This document shows, one piece after another, positions 9,646 to 20,930 of a stretch of DNA of 64,000 bases. Positions within the stretch are counted from its first letter, which is position 1. Every line of letters begins with the position of its first letter. This stretch comes from Bdellovibrionales bacterium (lineage in GTDB: Bacteria > Bdellovibrionota > Bdellovibrionia > Bdellovibrionales > CAYMLA01): NCBI GenBank assembly GCA_965217115.1, contig OZ244239.1:480001-544000 (forward strand). The letters are read 5' to 3'. A program made the translations under genes and the position numbers. The notes under the pieces are model-generated. The model saw only the letters and a list, made by a program, of their open reading frames with translations. It was not told where the DNA came from and did no database searches.

Positions 9646-10797
9646 ATTGGTGTCTTCCTCTCCCGATTGCGCGCCCGTAGATGTGCTCTTAGGAACACGC
9701 CCTAACATAGCACGCAATCTTGCAGCACGCTTCTGCCTCTCTTTATATTTATCGTGGCTCGCGGACCCCGATAGATTGTTTAAATAAGTCTCGTAATCGA
9801 CAATTTGCACTTCAAAAGGATAAAAGAAATTTAGCCCCTTCTCTTCTCCCTGATTATCTTTAGATTCAATATGGATCAATTTCCTCGCAATAAATTTAAT
9901 AAACTTATATTTATGACTTGAATACAGGTTCTCCTTGTCTAAATACCCTCCCTCTTTACTAAATTTTTGCAAACGATCATTTAAAATTTCGTGTATTTCG
10001 TCGCTTGACGTACTCGCAGAAGCACTCTCTTCTAATTGTTTCATCGTTTCAAAAAACAACCTCGTTGGGTAGAGAGTATTATTTGCCTGATCTGGCATAA
10101 TATGGGCAAAGCTAATAACATTCTCCTCCACAAGAAAACGAATCACACGAAAAGCATCAAAAATAGATCGAGTGACAAAACGAACTCCTACCTTATCCAA
10201 TAAACTACTCGCCGTCAGATTTGGCTTAGCAAGTAGTTTAATAATCGCACTGTCCACCGACTTGTCTGGTTTTATATCAAAACGCTGGAGTTTTATTTGT
10301 TCACTGTCCTTCTTTCTCCCTAAAGTCGTTGCCCGAATAGCAGGGTCTATCCAAATACAGTCTTGAAAAGGTTTTAGAATTTGTTGCTGTATTTCACGGG
10401 AATAAACATTAAATAAATCATTTTCTAGATGGGCATGGGCGTGCATCACTCTTAAAACGACACAAGCCCATTTCTGTAGAGTTTTGTTCTCTCCTAAAGC
10501 TTCACTGGCAAAGAGAAGCAATCTCTCAATGTGAACTAATTTTGATGGCTCGTAAATCTCTTCAGGGATTTCCTCACCCTCAACCAGAAGATTATCTTTG
10601 AGAAAAGCCACTGCCCGTCGATGAATGTTCCACGCTCTACTCTTGTCGCCCTCTCTTTGAAAATCATATCCATAGGTTTTAATAAATTCAGAGGCTTCTT
10701 CACGGGATCGAAGATCTAATTGTGGAACTTCTAACGCTGAATGCCCAGCGATCACTGTGCCCATAATACGGTTGTCAAAATTAAAAGGCTCATCCAT
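9637..10797 (-). CDS. TIGR04552-like protein (RelA/SpoT-type nucleotidyltransferase fold)
   Basis: KSVDSAIIKLLAKP, DKVGVRFVT, PFEVQIVD, SHDKYKERQ motifs. About 390 aa. Confidence 0.7.
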   Translation of the reverse strand: MDEPFNFDNRIMGTVIAGHSALEVPQLDLRSREEASEFIKTYGYDFQREGDKSRAWNIHRRAVAFLKDNLLVEGEEIPEEIYEPSKLVHIERLLLFASEALGENKTLQKWACVVLRVMHAHAHLENDLFNVYSREIQQQILKPFQDCIWIDPAIRATTLGRKKDSEQIKLQRFDIKPDKSVDSAIIKLLAKPNLTASSLLDKVGVRFVTRSIFDAFRVIRFLVEENVISFAHIMPDQANNTLYPTRLFFETMKQLEESASASTSSDEIHEILNDRLQKFSKEGGYLDKENLYSSHKYKFIKFIARKLIHIESKDNQGEEKGLNFFYPFEVQIVDYETYLNNLSGSASHDKYKERQKRAARLRAMLGRVPKSTSTGAQSGEEDTNLF

Positions 10798-10866
10798 GAA
10801 TGGTAGAATAATCCCTTATACTTCACAATTGCAAGGATTCACAGGGGTTTGAAAAATCTCTTTAGC

Positions 10867-10898
10867 AAAAAAAAATGGTGGCTACAGGAACCACCATT
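10867..10898 (-). terminator. Intrinsic terminator of the 10917-11627 gene
   Basis: AATGGTGG/CCACCATT stem with an adjacent A9 run (U-tract on the minus strand). Confidence 0.7.
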
Positions 10899-10916
10899 GC
10901 GGTATTACAAAACAGA

Positions 10917-11627
10917 TTACTCCACACATTTAAAAAAAGAACAGGCGTGCATCTTGAAGCCAACTGATCCAGAACCAGGTTCATCACCAAAAATCACATC
11001 ATTAGCATACCTAAAAGTTCCTGAAAATACATACTTCCCATTCTCTATAGAGAAGTAACCATCCATACTCATAGAACCATACTCATCAGAAAATTTAATT
11101 TCAGCATAATCGCCCCTTACACTTCCTCCCACAGCACTTTCGAATAGAACCTCTATGAACTCTTTGCTGCCTTCAACTAGAACTCCTAAACTGGATTTTG
11201 TTGAATTAATACTCATATAAGGAATATTGCCACTTTGAATGTCTCTTAAGTGAATTCCTCTGTCACTCTCTAATACGGCAATAGTTTTACCGGGTCCCTC
11301 AACACTTGTGATAAAAATCCCTGTGGAATTTCCCCACTGAGTACTTACTGATCCTAATTTAGAAAAATCACTACCAAGCTTCTTGAATTTTTTTGTAGAT
11401 GCAACAAGTCCATATGCAAAGGTGTTAAATTCCTCTTGATACTGAGAGTCTGTAAGTAATTGACCCCAATTTCCACCACTGCTACTAGAGCCACCTAAAC
11501 TATTGTTAGGGCCAGGAGCATAGCCAATTCCACTATTGCGTGTTATTGATGCTCCAGATTCCTTTTCGCCACAACCAATAAGGGCACTTAAACTCAATGT
11601 TAATAATGTTACTAATAGATATTTCAT
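10917..11627 (-). CDS. Hypothetical lipoprotein
   Basis: Start MKYLLV after GAGGAG. Lipobox-like LIGC and a Gly/Ser-rich linker. Confidence 0.7.
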   Translation of the reverse strand: MKYLLVTLLTLSLSALIGCGEKESGASITRNSGIGYAPGPNNSLGGSSSSGGNWGQLLTDSQYQEEFNTFAYGLVASTKKFKKLGSDFSKLGSVSTQWGNSTGIFITSVEGPGKTIAVLESDRGIHLRDIQSGNIPYMSINSTKSSLGVLVEGSKEFIEVLFESAVGGSVRGDYAEIKFSDEYGSMSMDGYFSIENGKYVFSGTFRYANDVIFGDEPGSGSVGFKMHACSFFKCVE

Positions 11628-11864
11628 TGTATCTCCTCGTTTAATAAAGTTGTTCAACACTATTAAGAGCAAAGATGAGGCCAGCTTTCCATCCATTTGG
11701 CACACCAAACCCGTGTGAGTTGTTTCTGGTAAGAGGGCTTTGCATCAAAATGAGACTGTGACTAAAAATGTCTCTCCCGTGGTAAACAGCCGACTAATCC
11801 TTTGACACTTCTCCAATTTGAATAGGAATAGCTTTTTTAAACCGCCCATTAAAAAAACCGCCCA

Positions 11865-14042
11865 TTATTTACCAGGGCTTGAGTAGAATTTGCGCTCTGT
11901 TTTTGCCATATTACGCAAAGGTTGGCTCGGCTTGAAGCGAATGGCCCCATCCTTTCTTGCATATATCTCCAGCTGATCAGAAATATAACTCGCACCCATG
12001 GTGTCCGCATACCTTAGAATGCCCCCGCGAAAAGGTGGAAAGCCTATCCCCATTATCATTGCCAGATCAACCTCTTCTGCGCTCTCAACAATACGATCTT
12101 CCAGCAAAGCCAGAGACGCTTCATTAATCATAGAAAATAATCCCCTCTCCAAGCACTCTTTTTTGGTCAGAGGATTGGTTGGCTCTTTCAAGCCCATATC
12201 AGAATAGACAGAATGATCAACTCCTGATTTTACGCCTTTCTCATTATATTTATAAAAACCCTTTCCATTTTTTTTACCCAAGCGCTGGGTCTGAGACAAT
12301 GTCAGAAAAGCCTTGGATATCTGAACTCTATCGCCAAAGGATTCTTTAAACATTTTAAGCACCTTCACACACACATCCAAACCCACTTCATCCATTAAAG
12401 CGTGGGGCCCCATGGGCAAACCAACCTCTTTCACATAGTATTCATCTAAGGCCTCAATCGACATTCCATCGGCCAACAAATGCATACTCTCACTAATATA
12501 AGGAATTAAAATCCGATTGACTAAGAAGCCTGGAGCATCCTTAACAACCACAGGGGTTTTGCCCATTCTCTTTGCAAGATTAAACACTGTCGCCACTGTC
12601 TCATCACTGGTTTTCTCACCACGAATCACTTCCACTAAAGGCATCTTATCCACTGGATTGAAAAAATGAAGTCCAACAAAATTTTCTGGATGAGGATGGG
12701 CTAAGGCTATCTCATTCACGCTCAAAGAAGAGGTGTTTGTCGCCATAATACAATCACTTGAGCAATGTTTCGCCGCTTCGGCAATAACTGATTTCTTTAT
12801 ACTCAAATCCTCAACAATCGCTTCAATCACCAAGTCTAAGTTAGAAAAGCCAGCGTAATTTAAGCCAGCACTGATCAATCCCATTTTTCTCTTGTATTCA
12901 ACTTTCTTCAAACGCCGACGCTTGACTTTCTTCTGCCAAATATCCGAAGCCGATTTAAACCCAAGGGCCAAAGCCGTATTATTAATATCCTTAAGGCGAA
13001 CATCAATACCCTTGTCAGCCGCCACATAGGCTATACCACCACCCATTGTTCCCGCACCTAAAACAGACATGTTAGAAATTTTATGGGCTCTGACCTCTTT
13101 ACCTGGAATACCTTTTCTCTTTTTCACAGCTTCCATCATAAAAAATAAATTAATTAAATTTTTAGAAACATCCGTCACCGCAACCTGACAAAAACCTTCA
13201 GACTCAATACACATCGCGCGCGAACGATTAGACATGCCATAAGTTTTCTTAATAACTTCAATCGCCTTCAGGGGAGCTGGGTAATGACCATGACTCATCT
13301 TCAAAACCGACTCTCTGGCTTTTTTAAAAACAATGCCTCTTCCTAGAAAGGAATGGAGGAACCGCTCTACCAAATTTCTTCCTCTGAAGGTTTTCTTTCT
13401 CTTGTTAGCTCCATCTGCAATCGCTTTTTTTGCCACCTGCAAAGATTTATGCAAAAGATTTTCTCTATGGACCACTTCATCCACGAGACCTATCTTTTTA
13501 GCCTTGCGACTATCTACATTCTTTCCTGCTAAAATAATATCCAATGAAGCCGGTAAGCCTACCAATCTAGGCAAACGAACACAGCCACCAAAACCAGGAA
13601 TGATTCCCAACTTTGTTTCAGGCAAACCAATTCTTGTCGATTTATCATTAGTGCAAATACGATGATCACAGGCTAAGATAACCTCTGTTCCACCACCCAT
13701 ACAAGCCCCATGAACCGCCGCAATCACGGGAATACTTAAATCCTCGATTTTATTCATCACCCCCTGACCCACTCCAACGGCATGACGAAAACCCTCTGCG
13801 GATTTAATATTTTTGATTTCATTGATGTCAGCGCCCGCAATAAAAATCTTCTCTTTCTTAGAGATCAGCACTGCAGCTTTAAACTTTCCGCTACTTAATT
13901 CACTCAAAACGTGATCAAAGCGTGTCAGAGTCTGCCCATCTAACTTATTTACGCTTTCACCGATTAAATCTAGCTCTATGATAGCGATGTCTGAATAATG
14001 GCCTTCACCTTGGGCAATTTTTACACTTTCTTCCATACCCAT
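11865..14042 (-). CDS. fadJ: Fatty acid oxidation complex alpha subunit (enoyl-CoA hydratase / 3-hydroxyacyl-CoA dehydrogenase)
   Basis: FIAGADI, GLPETKLGIIPGFGG, GAGTMGGG, HFFNPV. Start trimmed to MGMEES. Confidence 0.85.
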   Translation of the reverse strand: MGMEESVKIAQGEGHYSDIAIIELDLIGESVNKLDGQTLTRFDHVLSELSSGKFKAAVLISKKEKIFIAGADINEIKNIKSAEGFRHAVGVGQGVMNKIEDLSIPVIAAVHGACMGGGTEVILACDHRICTNDKSTRIGLPETKLGIIPGFGGCVRLPRLVGLPASLDIILAGKNVDSRKAKKIGLVDEVVHRENLLHKSLQVAKKAIADGANKRKKTFRGRNLVERFLHSFLGRGIVFKKARESVLKMSHGHYPAPLKAIEVIKKTYGMSNRSRAMCIESEGFCQVAVTDVSKNLINLFFMMEAVKKRKGIPGKEVRAHKISNMSVLGAGTMGGGIAYVAADKGIDVRLKDINNTALALGFKSASDIWQKKVKRRRLKKVEYKRKMGLISAGLNYAGFSNLDLVIEAIVEDLSIKKSVIAEAAKHCSSDCIMATNTSSLSVNEIALAHPHPENFVGLHFFNPVDKMPLVEVIRGEKTSDETVATVFNLAKRMGKTPVVVKDAPGFLVNRILIPYISESMHLLADGMSIEALDEYYVKEVGLPMGPHALMDEVGLDVCVKVLKMFKESFGDRVQISKAFLTLSQTQRLGKKNGKGFYKYNEKGVKSGVDHSVYSDMGLKEPTNPLTKKECLERGLFSMINEASLALLEDRIVESAEEVDLAMIMGIGFPPFRGGILRYADTMGASYISDQLEIYARKDGAIRFKPSQPLRNMAKTERKFYSSPGK

Positions 14043-14044
14043 AA

Positions 14045-15355
14045 TTACGCCTCTTCTCTCTCTAGAATAATAGCCCCACCTTGACCTCCACCAATACACA
14101 AAGTCGCCAAACCATATCTTATCTTACGGCGTTGCATCTCTTTAGCGAGCGTCAAAGTGATCCGCGTTCCTGTCGTACCCACTGGATGTCCCAGAGCAAT
14201 CGCACCACCATTCACATTCATAATCGAACGATCCACCCTACCAATGGCCCTATCCAAACCCAACTTCTCACGGGCAAACTCATCACTAGCGAAAGCCTTT
14301 TCACAGGCAATCACCTGCGCAGCAAAAGCCTCATTAAGCTCCACCAACCCCATATCTTTCATTTCTAAACCCGCTCTTTTTAACGCCACAGGAGTCGCAT
14401 ACACAGGTCCCAATCCCATTCTCTCAGGCTCTAATCCAGCAAAAGCGTAGGACTTTATTGTCACTAAAGGTTTATACCCCAACTCTTGAGCTTTCTTACG
14501 ACTCATTAACAGAACCATGGCCGCACCATCAGTGATCGGGCAAGCATTGGCCACTGTCACTGTTCCCTCTCTGCGGTCAAAGTAAGGGCGCAACTTAGCC
14601 AATTGTTCCATGGACTGCTCCTCTCTTGGACCCAGGTCATTTTCTACCACCTTAGAGTATTTGGGGGGTAAGAACACGGGGGTTATCTCTTCAGCCAAAC
14701 GCCCTTCTCTTTGGGCAGCCACTGCACGTTGATGGCTCATCAATGCATACTCATCTTGCTCTTGACGCGTAATACTGAATTCCCGAGCAAGAACCTCCGC
14801 CGTCTGACCCATATTAATACCAACAAAAGGATCTGTTAACCCTTCCAACACAGCGACCCGAGGTTTTAAATCTTTTAATTTAAGCTTTTTTAATGCTTTT
14901 AATCTCTTCTTCAAAGTTTTTGCAAAAGCAAATTCACCGAAAATATTTTGAAATTGACGAGTGAATATCAACGGCATCTGCGACATAGACTCTGTTCCGC
15001 CTGCGATAACAACATCCATCGTGCCTGATTTAATTTTTTCATAACCAGAGGCGATACTCTCCAAAGCCGATGCACAGTTTCGATGAACAGTGTAGGCCGA
15101 AGTTTTTAAAGGGATCCCAGCATGAAGGGCCACCACGCGACCGATGTTTAATGCATCTGAGGGGCTTCCTACATTACCAACAATCACTTCATCCACCACG
15201 TCCACATTCAGATTAGTTCGTGCAATCAACTCCTTTAAAGCAATTTGGCCTAACATTGCAGGGTCAACATCCTTCAATTTACTCCCTGCCTTCACAAAAG
15301 GAGTTCTAATTCCATCCACTAAAACGACGTCACGATCATCCATTCTGTCTCCCAC
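14045..15355 (-). CDS. fadI: Acetyl-CoA C-acyltransferase (thiolase)
   Basis: NCASAL, NEAFAAQ, GGAIALGHPVG, LCIGGGQG. Confidence 0.85.
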   Translation of the reverse strand: MGDRMDDRDVVLVDGIRTPFVKAGSKLKDVDPAMLGQIALKELIARTNLNVDVVDEVIVGNVGSPSDALNIGRVVALHAGIPLKTSAYTVHRNCASALESIASGYEKIKSGTMDVVIAGGTESMSQMPLIFTRQFQNIFGEFAFAKTLKKRLKALKKLKLKDLKPRVAVLEGLTDPFVGINMGQTAEVLAREFSITRQEQDEYALMSHQRAVAAQREGRLAEEITPVFLPPKYSKVVENDLGPREEQSMEQLAKLRPYFDRREGTVTVANACPITDGAAMVLLMSRKKAQELGYKPLVTIKSYAFAGLEPERMGLGPVYATPVALKRAGLEMKDMGLVELNEAFAAQVIACEKAFASDEFAREKLGLDRAIGRVDRSIMNVNGGAIALGHPVGTTGTRITLTLAKEMQRRKIRYGLATLCIGGGQGGAIILEREEA

Positions 15356-15515
15356 TTCAAACCGAGACCATTATACACCTTTGGCCTCTTTTAACCATAG
15401 AAATGTTCACTATATAATGCCCTCTATCATTGTCTACACCAGATAATGTGGCTTGAAAGATCCATATTTAATTACTACAATTTAGAGACCTTTTTGATTT
15501 TCACTGGAGAATAAC

Positions 15516-17828
15516 GTGCAAAATAATAAAGACAAATTTAACCAGGAGGCCCTAGAGTATCACAGCAAGGCACCAGCTGGAAAAATAGAAGTGAATTGTA
15601 CTAAATCCTGCGACACCGAAAGAGACCTCTCCCTTGCCTATAGCCCTGGAGTTGCAATACCCTGCCTCGAAATAGCCAAAAACCCAAAAGCAGCCTACGA
15701 TTACACCGCAAAAGCCAATCTTGTCGCCGTCATCTCCAACGGAACAGCCGTTTTAGGACTGGGAGACATCGGAGCCTTAGCCTCCAAGCCTGTCATGGAA
15801 GGAAAGGGGATTCTTTTTAAAAAATTCGCTAATTTAGACGTTTTTGATATTGAAGTTAACACAAAGGATGTCAATGAATTTGTCTCAACTGTTTCCAAAT
15901 TAGAACCCACTTTCGGGGGTATTAATTTAGAAGACATCAAAGCCCCAGAATGTTTTGAAATAGAAAAACAGCTTAACCAAATGCTTAATATTCCTGTCTT
16001 TCACGATGATCAGCACGGAACTGCTATTATCTCAGGAGCCGCTCTTATAAATGCCTGCCTCCTCACAAAACAAAAATTAGAAAACCTCAAACTCGTTGTC
16101 AACGGCGCTGGAGCTGCGGCCATTGCCTGTTCAAATATATTTCTCACCCTTGGAGTAAAGAGAGAAAATCTCATCATGTGTGATTCCAAGGGAGTTATCT
16201 ACAAGGGCAGAAAAAAAGGCATGAACCCCTATAAAGAGCCCTTTGCCAATGACACTTCAGCCCGCACTCTAGAGGAAGCACTCAACGGAGCCCATTGTTT
16301 TGTTGGGCTTAGTGTCGCTGGAGCACTCACACCGGAGATGTTAAAAAACATGGCGCCATCGCCCATCGTTATGGCCATGGCTAATCCTCATCCTGAAATT
16401 TTACCTTCAGATGCACTCAAAGTTCGCAAAGATGTTATTATTGCTACTGGTCGGAGTGATTTTCCCAACCAAGTCAATAATGTGCTCGGTTTCCCTTATA
16501 TTTTCCGCGGGGCGCTTGATGTTCGTGCAACTGCAATCAATGAAGAAATGAAAGCCGCTGCCGTCCACGCCATCGCCGAACTTACTAGACAAGATGTTCC
16601 TGAAAAAGTCTCTGAAGCCTATGGCGGGCAAGAGTTTCACTTTGGCCCTAAGTATATTATTCCAAAACCCTTCGATGAAAGAGTTCTTCTATGGGTTGCC
16701 CCTGCCGTGGCTAAAGCTGCCATGGACACTGGTGTTGCCCAGAAATCCATTAAAAACTTCAAAGCCTACCGTGAGCATTTAGAAGGCATGCAAGGACCAG
16801 TGAAAAAGTTTGTGCGCTCATCGATCAACAAGATCAAGTCCTCGTGCCGACGACACAAACATCCACTCCCCCGCATTATTTTTCCAGATGGCTCCAGTTC
16901 TAAAATCCTCAAAGCCCTCTCTTCCATTGCCAACGAAAATATCTGTCAACCCATTCTACTCGGACAGCCTTCAGTTATTCTCAAAAAGATAGAGGAGTTA
17001 GAACTCAAGTCTTTAGAAAAAATCCTCATTATAAATCCTGTCGAAGACCTTCGCTTTAAAGAATTTTCTCAAAAATTTTATAAAATAAGGCACCGCAAAG
17101 GAATACTCTACAGTGAAGCAAGAAAATTCATCTCAAGGCCAACCTACTTCGGTGCTATGCTCGTCAAAGAAGGACACGCTGAAGGCCTCGTCACAGGCGC
17201 CTTAAGCAACTATGCCGAAAGTGTTAAGCCTTTGCTTCAGGTTTTTGGCACAAACCAAGATCAACTGGCTACTGGGATAAACTTTGTCTTTCACAATGAT
17301 CGTCTCATTATGTTTGCCGACACAACAGTAAATATTAACCCCTCAGCTGAACAAATTGCCAAAATTGCTGAGCAATGCTCTCAATTGATGCGCTACTTAG
17401 AATTAAAACCTAAAATTGCCATGGTTAGTTATTCCAACTTTTCTGGCAAGGGTGAGTCGCCTTCGAAAATGCAAAAAGCCACCGCGATTATCAAAAATAA
17501 GTTTCCCGATCTCACTGTCGATGGAGAGATGCAAGCCGACACTGCCATCAATGGTGACATCACAAAAAGGCTCTTCCCCTTCTCCAAGGTTCAAGGTGGA
17601 GCCAATATTCTTCTCTTTCCCAATCTAGATTCAGCAAATATCTCGTATAAACTCGTTCAACAACTCAGTGAAGCTAAGGTCATGGGACCATTTTTGATGG
17701 GTGTCACTGAACCTGCCAATGTTCTACAAAGAACCTCTGACGTGGAAAATATTATCAACTCCATCGTTATGACAGTCCTTGAAGCTGAAACAGTAAGAGC
17801 TGTTCGACGACAGTTTAAGAATAAATAA
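15516..17828 (+). CDS. maeB: NADP-dependent malic enzyme fused to a phosphotransacetylase-like domain
   Basis: LSLAYSPGVA, FHDDQHGTA, GRSDFPNQVNN and a C-terminal PTA domain (DGEMQAD). Confidence 0.93.
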   Translation: MQNNKDKFNQEALEYHSKAPAGKIEVNCTKSCDTERDLSLAYSPGVAIPCLEIAKNPKAAYDYTAKANLVAVISNGTAVLGLGDIGALASKPVMEGKGILFKKFANLDVFDIEVNTKDVNEFVSTVSKLEPTFGGINLEDIKAPECFEIEKQLNQMLNIPVFHDDQHGTAIISGAALINACLLTKQKLENLKLVVNGAGAAAIACSNIFLTLGVKRENLIMCDSKGVIYKGRKKGMNPYKEPFANDTSARTLEEALNGAHCFVGLSVAGALTPEMLKNMAPSPIVMAMANPHPEILPSDALKVRKDVIIATGRSDFPNQVNNVLGFPYIFRGALDVRATAINEEMKAAAVHAIAELTRQDVPEKVSEAYGGQEFHFGPKYIIPKPFDERVLLWVAPAVAKAAMDTGVAQKSIKNFKAYREHLEGMQGPVKKFVRSSINKIKSSCRRHKHPLPRIIFPDGSSSKILKALSSIANENICQPILLGQPSVILKKIEELELKSLEKILIINPVEDLRFKEFSQKFYKIRHRKGILYSEARKFISRPTYFGAMLVKEGHAEGLVTGALSNYAESVKPLLQVFGTNQDQLATGINFVFHNDRLIMFADTTVNINPSAEQIAKIAEQCSQLMRYLELKPKIAMVSYSNFSGKGESPSKMQKATAIIKNKFPDLTVDGEMQADTAINGDITKRLFPFSKVQGGANILLFPNLDSANISYKLVQQLSEAKVMGPFLMGVTEPANVLQRTSDVENIINSIVMTVLEAETVRAVRRQFKNK

Positions 17829-17970
17829 AGCCTCTGCTTAGAAAAAAAATGTAACCATTCAGCGTGTGTTTCAAAGTATTCGCTGAATAGCTACAAAAAG
17901 AAAAGCCTGGGAAAATCTACTTATTCACAGGCTCTCATTTATCAGTAAAATAAAAGGTCAGGATTCTCTT

Positions 17971-18369
17971 CTAAGGAGAACTTTCAGAAGAACCTTGGTC
18001 TAAATTACCATTTCCTGTTCTAGGTGGCAGACCACCTTGACCTGGAATTAGAGTTGCTTCACTTTTTTTTACAGCCGAGGCTCCATTACCAGAGCCGCTT
18101 GTTTGAACACCAGCAGATAGGGTATTATCAGCTGCTGGAGTCTTTGTATTTTCAGTAAAATCTATATGAGGTAAGCACCATACAATCAATTGGGCACGAG
18201 ACTTAACATTCATTTTCTTATAAATGTTTGTCAGGTGGAATTTCACAGTTTTTTCCGTCACAAAAAGTTGGCTGGCAACTTCTTTGTTAGACAAACCCTT
18301 AGAAACCAACCCGGCAACCTCTGCCTCACGATTAGACAAACCACTTTTTATTAACACGTCTCTGAGCAT
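17971..18369 (-). CDS. Stand-alone LuxR-type HTH transcriptional regulator with a low-complexity tail
   Basis: LSNREAEVA...GLSNKEVASQLFVTEKTVKFHLTNIYKKMNV. Start trimmed to MLRDVL. Confidence 0.85.
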   Translation of the reverse strand: MLRDVLIKSGLSNREAEVAGLVSKGLSNKEVASQLFVTEKTVKFHLTNIYKKMNVKSRAQLIVWCLPHIDFTENTKTPAADNTLSAGVQTSGSGNGASAVKKSEATLIPGQGGLPPRTGNGNLDQGSSESSP

Positions 18370-18638
18370 CCTTGCTCCCCCCAGTATTAAGTCATATTTT
18401 TTAGCCTGCCACCCGAAAACCATATCAAGAGCATAACCTGTCTAAAAGTCTTACAGCTTCTGAAATATTACGCAAGTGAATAGCTCTTATATTTCCCAAA
18501 CTGGACTGGAAACCGTGGTCTCCATTTTCAAAACAGGCTAGCATCCAGATAAACAGGGGAAACCTCCAGAATAAGACTTTTGCTGCAGTGCAGTAATGTC
18601 CGTGTCTGATTAAAGATTATGCAAATAATAACAGCCAT

Positions 18639-20930
18639 CTATGGACAGAATTTTTTCTCTAGCCCTTCAATGATTTTATCAATTTTTGGATGGGGAGCAA
18701 CACTGAAAATATCCTCTATCTGGTTCCCCCAGGTATGGGCACGGGCCCACTTTACCTCCAATTTCCAAGAAAAAAGGGCATTCACCGCAGCCACCAGAAG
18801 CCCCTGTTGATCTTTTCCACGAAAACTTATAATCACTTCATTTTTATCACGATGGGTGATCGTGATTCGATCAAAAAATATCTGCCCTAGTTTATTCAAG
18901 CCCGATGTCTTTAATCTCAGTATCTTTTCTAATTGTTCAGGAGATTTACCTGTTTTTACTCGAAACCAATCATAGACTCCATACTTTCCATCAGAGTTTA
19001 TGCAAGCATGACTAATGTTACAGCCCGATACATACAATTTTGTTACAAAATCCGCCAAAACCTCATTTGCCTCTGTATGGCTATGCAAACGAATCCAAAT
19101 ATCGTTCTGTTTTACACGCACAACCAAAGGCGGTAAACTCTTCACTCTTGCGTATTTCTCTAAATCAAGACTATCCTGCAATAATATATCGACAGATATT
19201 TCCGATAGCACTGTCTTATCAATCATGGCAAAGATAGGTTCCACTTCTACTTGTTTCTTATTTGCCAATTGCCTCAGTGATACAGCCTTTCTGGTCGCAT
19301 TCTCTTCCATCGTCTTCATCAGGTCATAGAGCAGCCTCTCTTTCCAAGAGTTCCAAGCATCAGGGTTGGTCGCTCGAATATCAATAAGAGTGAATACTCC
19401 AAGCCTTATCAATCTCTTCCCTTTAACCCCTTTTGCACTCAACTCTTGCCAAGTTTGCGGAGATTCAGGGTTTTGTCTAAAAGCGGCCTTAGATAGTAAG
19501 AGATGATTTTTCACCAACCAACACACTTCATTGGCTAATTTGTCAGGGAAACCAAACTTTTTGAAATCTCTTTTCACTATTTTTTCACCAACAATAGCAT
19601 GATCCCCCTCCAAGCCCTTTGCTATGTCGTGGTAAAGAGCCGTCCACATCAAGATTTCCCAATCATCTTTTGATAGAGAAAATTCCCGGAGTAAACCCAT
19701 ACTCTTCTTAGGACTCTTATAAACCCGCCGCACCTCACGCATCGCCTGCATAATGTGGGTGTCTGCCGTAAAGCGATGATACTGATCATGCTGCACCCAT
19801 CCAGTTAATCTTTTAATATCAGGAAAACAATACTGCATTAAGTGTGACCTAAAGAGAGCTACAATATATCTATCTTTATGATAAACGCCCATGGCCTTTT
19901 TCAGAATCTTTCCTAGCTTCCTACCCGTTACCTTCTCACCCAAAGTAGGAAGAAAATGGCGAATCCTATTCTGCATTAGAATAGAGTAATCTTCCTCCAA
20001 GTACTCAAAGCACCACTGCAAAGATGTTAAATCTTTTTGAGTATAGGTTTCCAATTTGTTCTGAGATGCCAGAGCGCTCTGCGTAATCCAATCGGTGTAG
20101 AAACTCACGCGAGAGAGACCCTTCTGCACCTCTCTCATAAAATCACGGGGCTCTTCATACTGAAACCAATCACTCAACTCTCTCTGATCTTGAGCCATTA
20201 ATATATCTACTTTCTCCATTAAATGAAGTCTCTGCCGAATCGTTAGAAAAAAAGCCTGATAATATCGCAAAACCTCCAGAGCATGATAAATTTGAGGGAA
20301 TTTTTCTTGAGCTAACTCATAGGTCATCAACGCCTGCTGTATATCTCTTAAACCACCATAGCCGTATTTCAAATTAGGCTCTAAGAAATTATCAATAGAA
20401 TCATAGCGCAATCTTCTCTCTTTTCTCTCAACACCCATGGCCTTAACCAAGCTCTTAATAAAAGATTTTTCTCTAGACCAAATTTTTTCTTGCTGCTCAA
20501 ACAAAGAGCGAGCGGCCAAGGGCTCCAAAGGTCGCGCCGATAGGAGAGCTATAATATCATGCATCCCTACGCCTTGAGTCCAATCTTGAATGTCCTCTGG
20601 CATACGATAACGAATCTTCAAGCCCTGTTCATTAAGATTATCTACTACTTGTGAAACCGCTTCTTCACGACCTACAAATAAAAGATCCACATCACTATTG
20701 GGACACAATTCCCCACGAGCATAAGAGCCTAGAGCAATGGGAGCTGATTCCTCCCAGAGGGGATGTTGCCGTAGTTTTTTGTCGAGACGCAATTCTAACC
20801 AGCGGGAAAAAGGTTCATTGGATAAATGACGGCGAGTCCGCAAATTCCCTCGGGGAGAAGTCACGGGCGAACGCAAAACCCCTTGGGCAATAAGAAACTC
20901 TTGTTCATTTAAGAAAGTGTTTTTTGCCAT
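18639..20930 (-). CDS. glnD: [Protein-PII] uridylyltransferase / uridylyl-removing enzyme
   Basis: GSYARGEL...SDVDLL, LEPNLKYGYGGLRD, HD domain (HDIAKG) and ACT domains. Confidence 0.85.
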   Translation of the reverse strand: MAKNTFLNEQEFLIAQGVLRSPVTSPRGNLRTRRHLSNEPFSRWLELRLDKKLRQHPLWEESAPIALGSYARGELCPNSDVDLLFVGREEAVSQVVDNLNEQGLKIRYRMPEDIQDWTQGVGMHDIIALLSARPLEPLAARSLFEQQEKIWSREKSFIKSLVKAMGVERKERRLRYDSIDNFLEPNLKYGYGGLRDIQQALMTYELAQEKFPQIYHALEVLRYYQAFFLTIRQRLHLMEKVDILMAQDQRELSDWFQYEEPRDFMREVQKGLSRVSFYTDWITQSALASQNKLETYTQKDLTSLQWCFEYLEEDYSILMQNRIRHFLPTLGEKVTGRKLGKILKKAMGVYHKDRYIVALFRSHLMQYCFPDIKRLTGWVQHDQYHRFTADTHIMQAMREVRRVYKSPKKSMGLLREFSLSKDDWEILMWTALYHDIAKGLEGDHAIVGEKIVKRDFKKFGFPDKLANEVCWLVKNHLLLSKAAFRQNPESPQTWQELSAKGVKGKRLIRLGVFTLIDIRATNPDAWNSWKERLLYDLMKTMEENATRKAVSLRQLANKKQVEVEPIFAMIDKTVLSEISVDILLQDSLDLEKYARVKSLPPLVVRVKQNDIWIRLHSHTEANEVLADFVTKLYVSGCNISHACINSDGKYGVYDWFRVKTGKSPEQLEKILRLKTSGLNKLGQIFFDRITITHRDKNEVIISFRGKDQQGLLVAAVNALFSWKLEVKWARAHTWGNQIEDIFSVAPHPKIDKIIEGLEKKFCP

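Noticed and set aside
18440..18635. Riboswitch upstream of the LuxR-type gene
   Set aside because: Only short hairpins are present, and I recognised no aptamer consensus.
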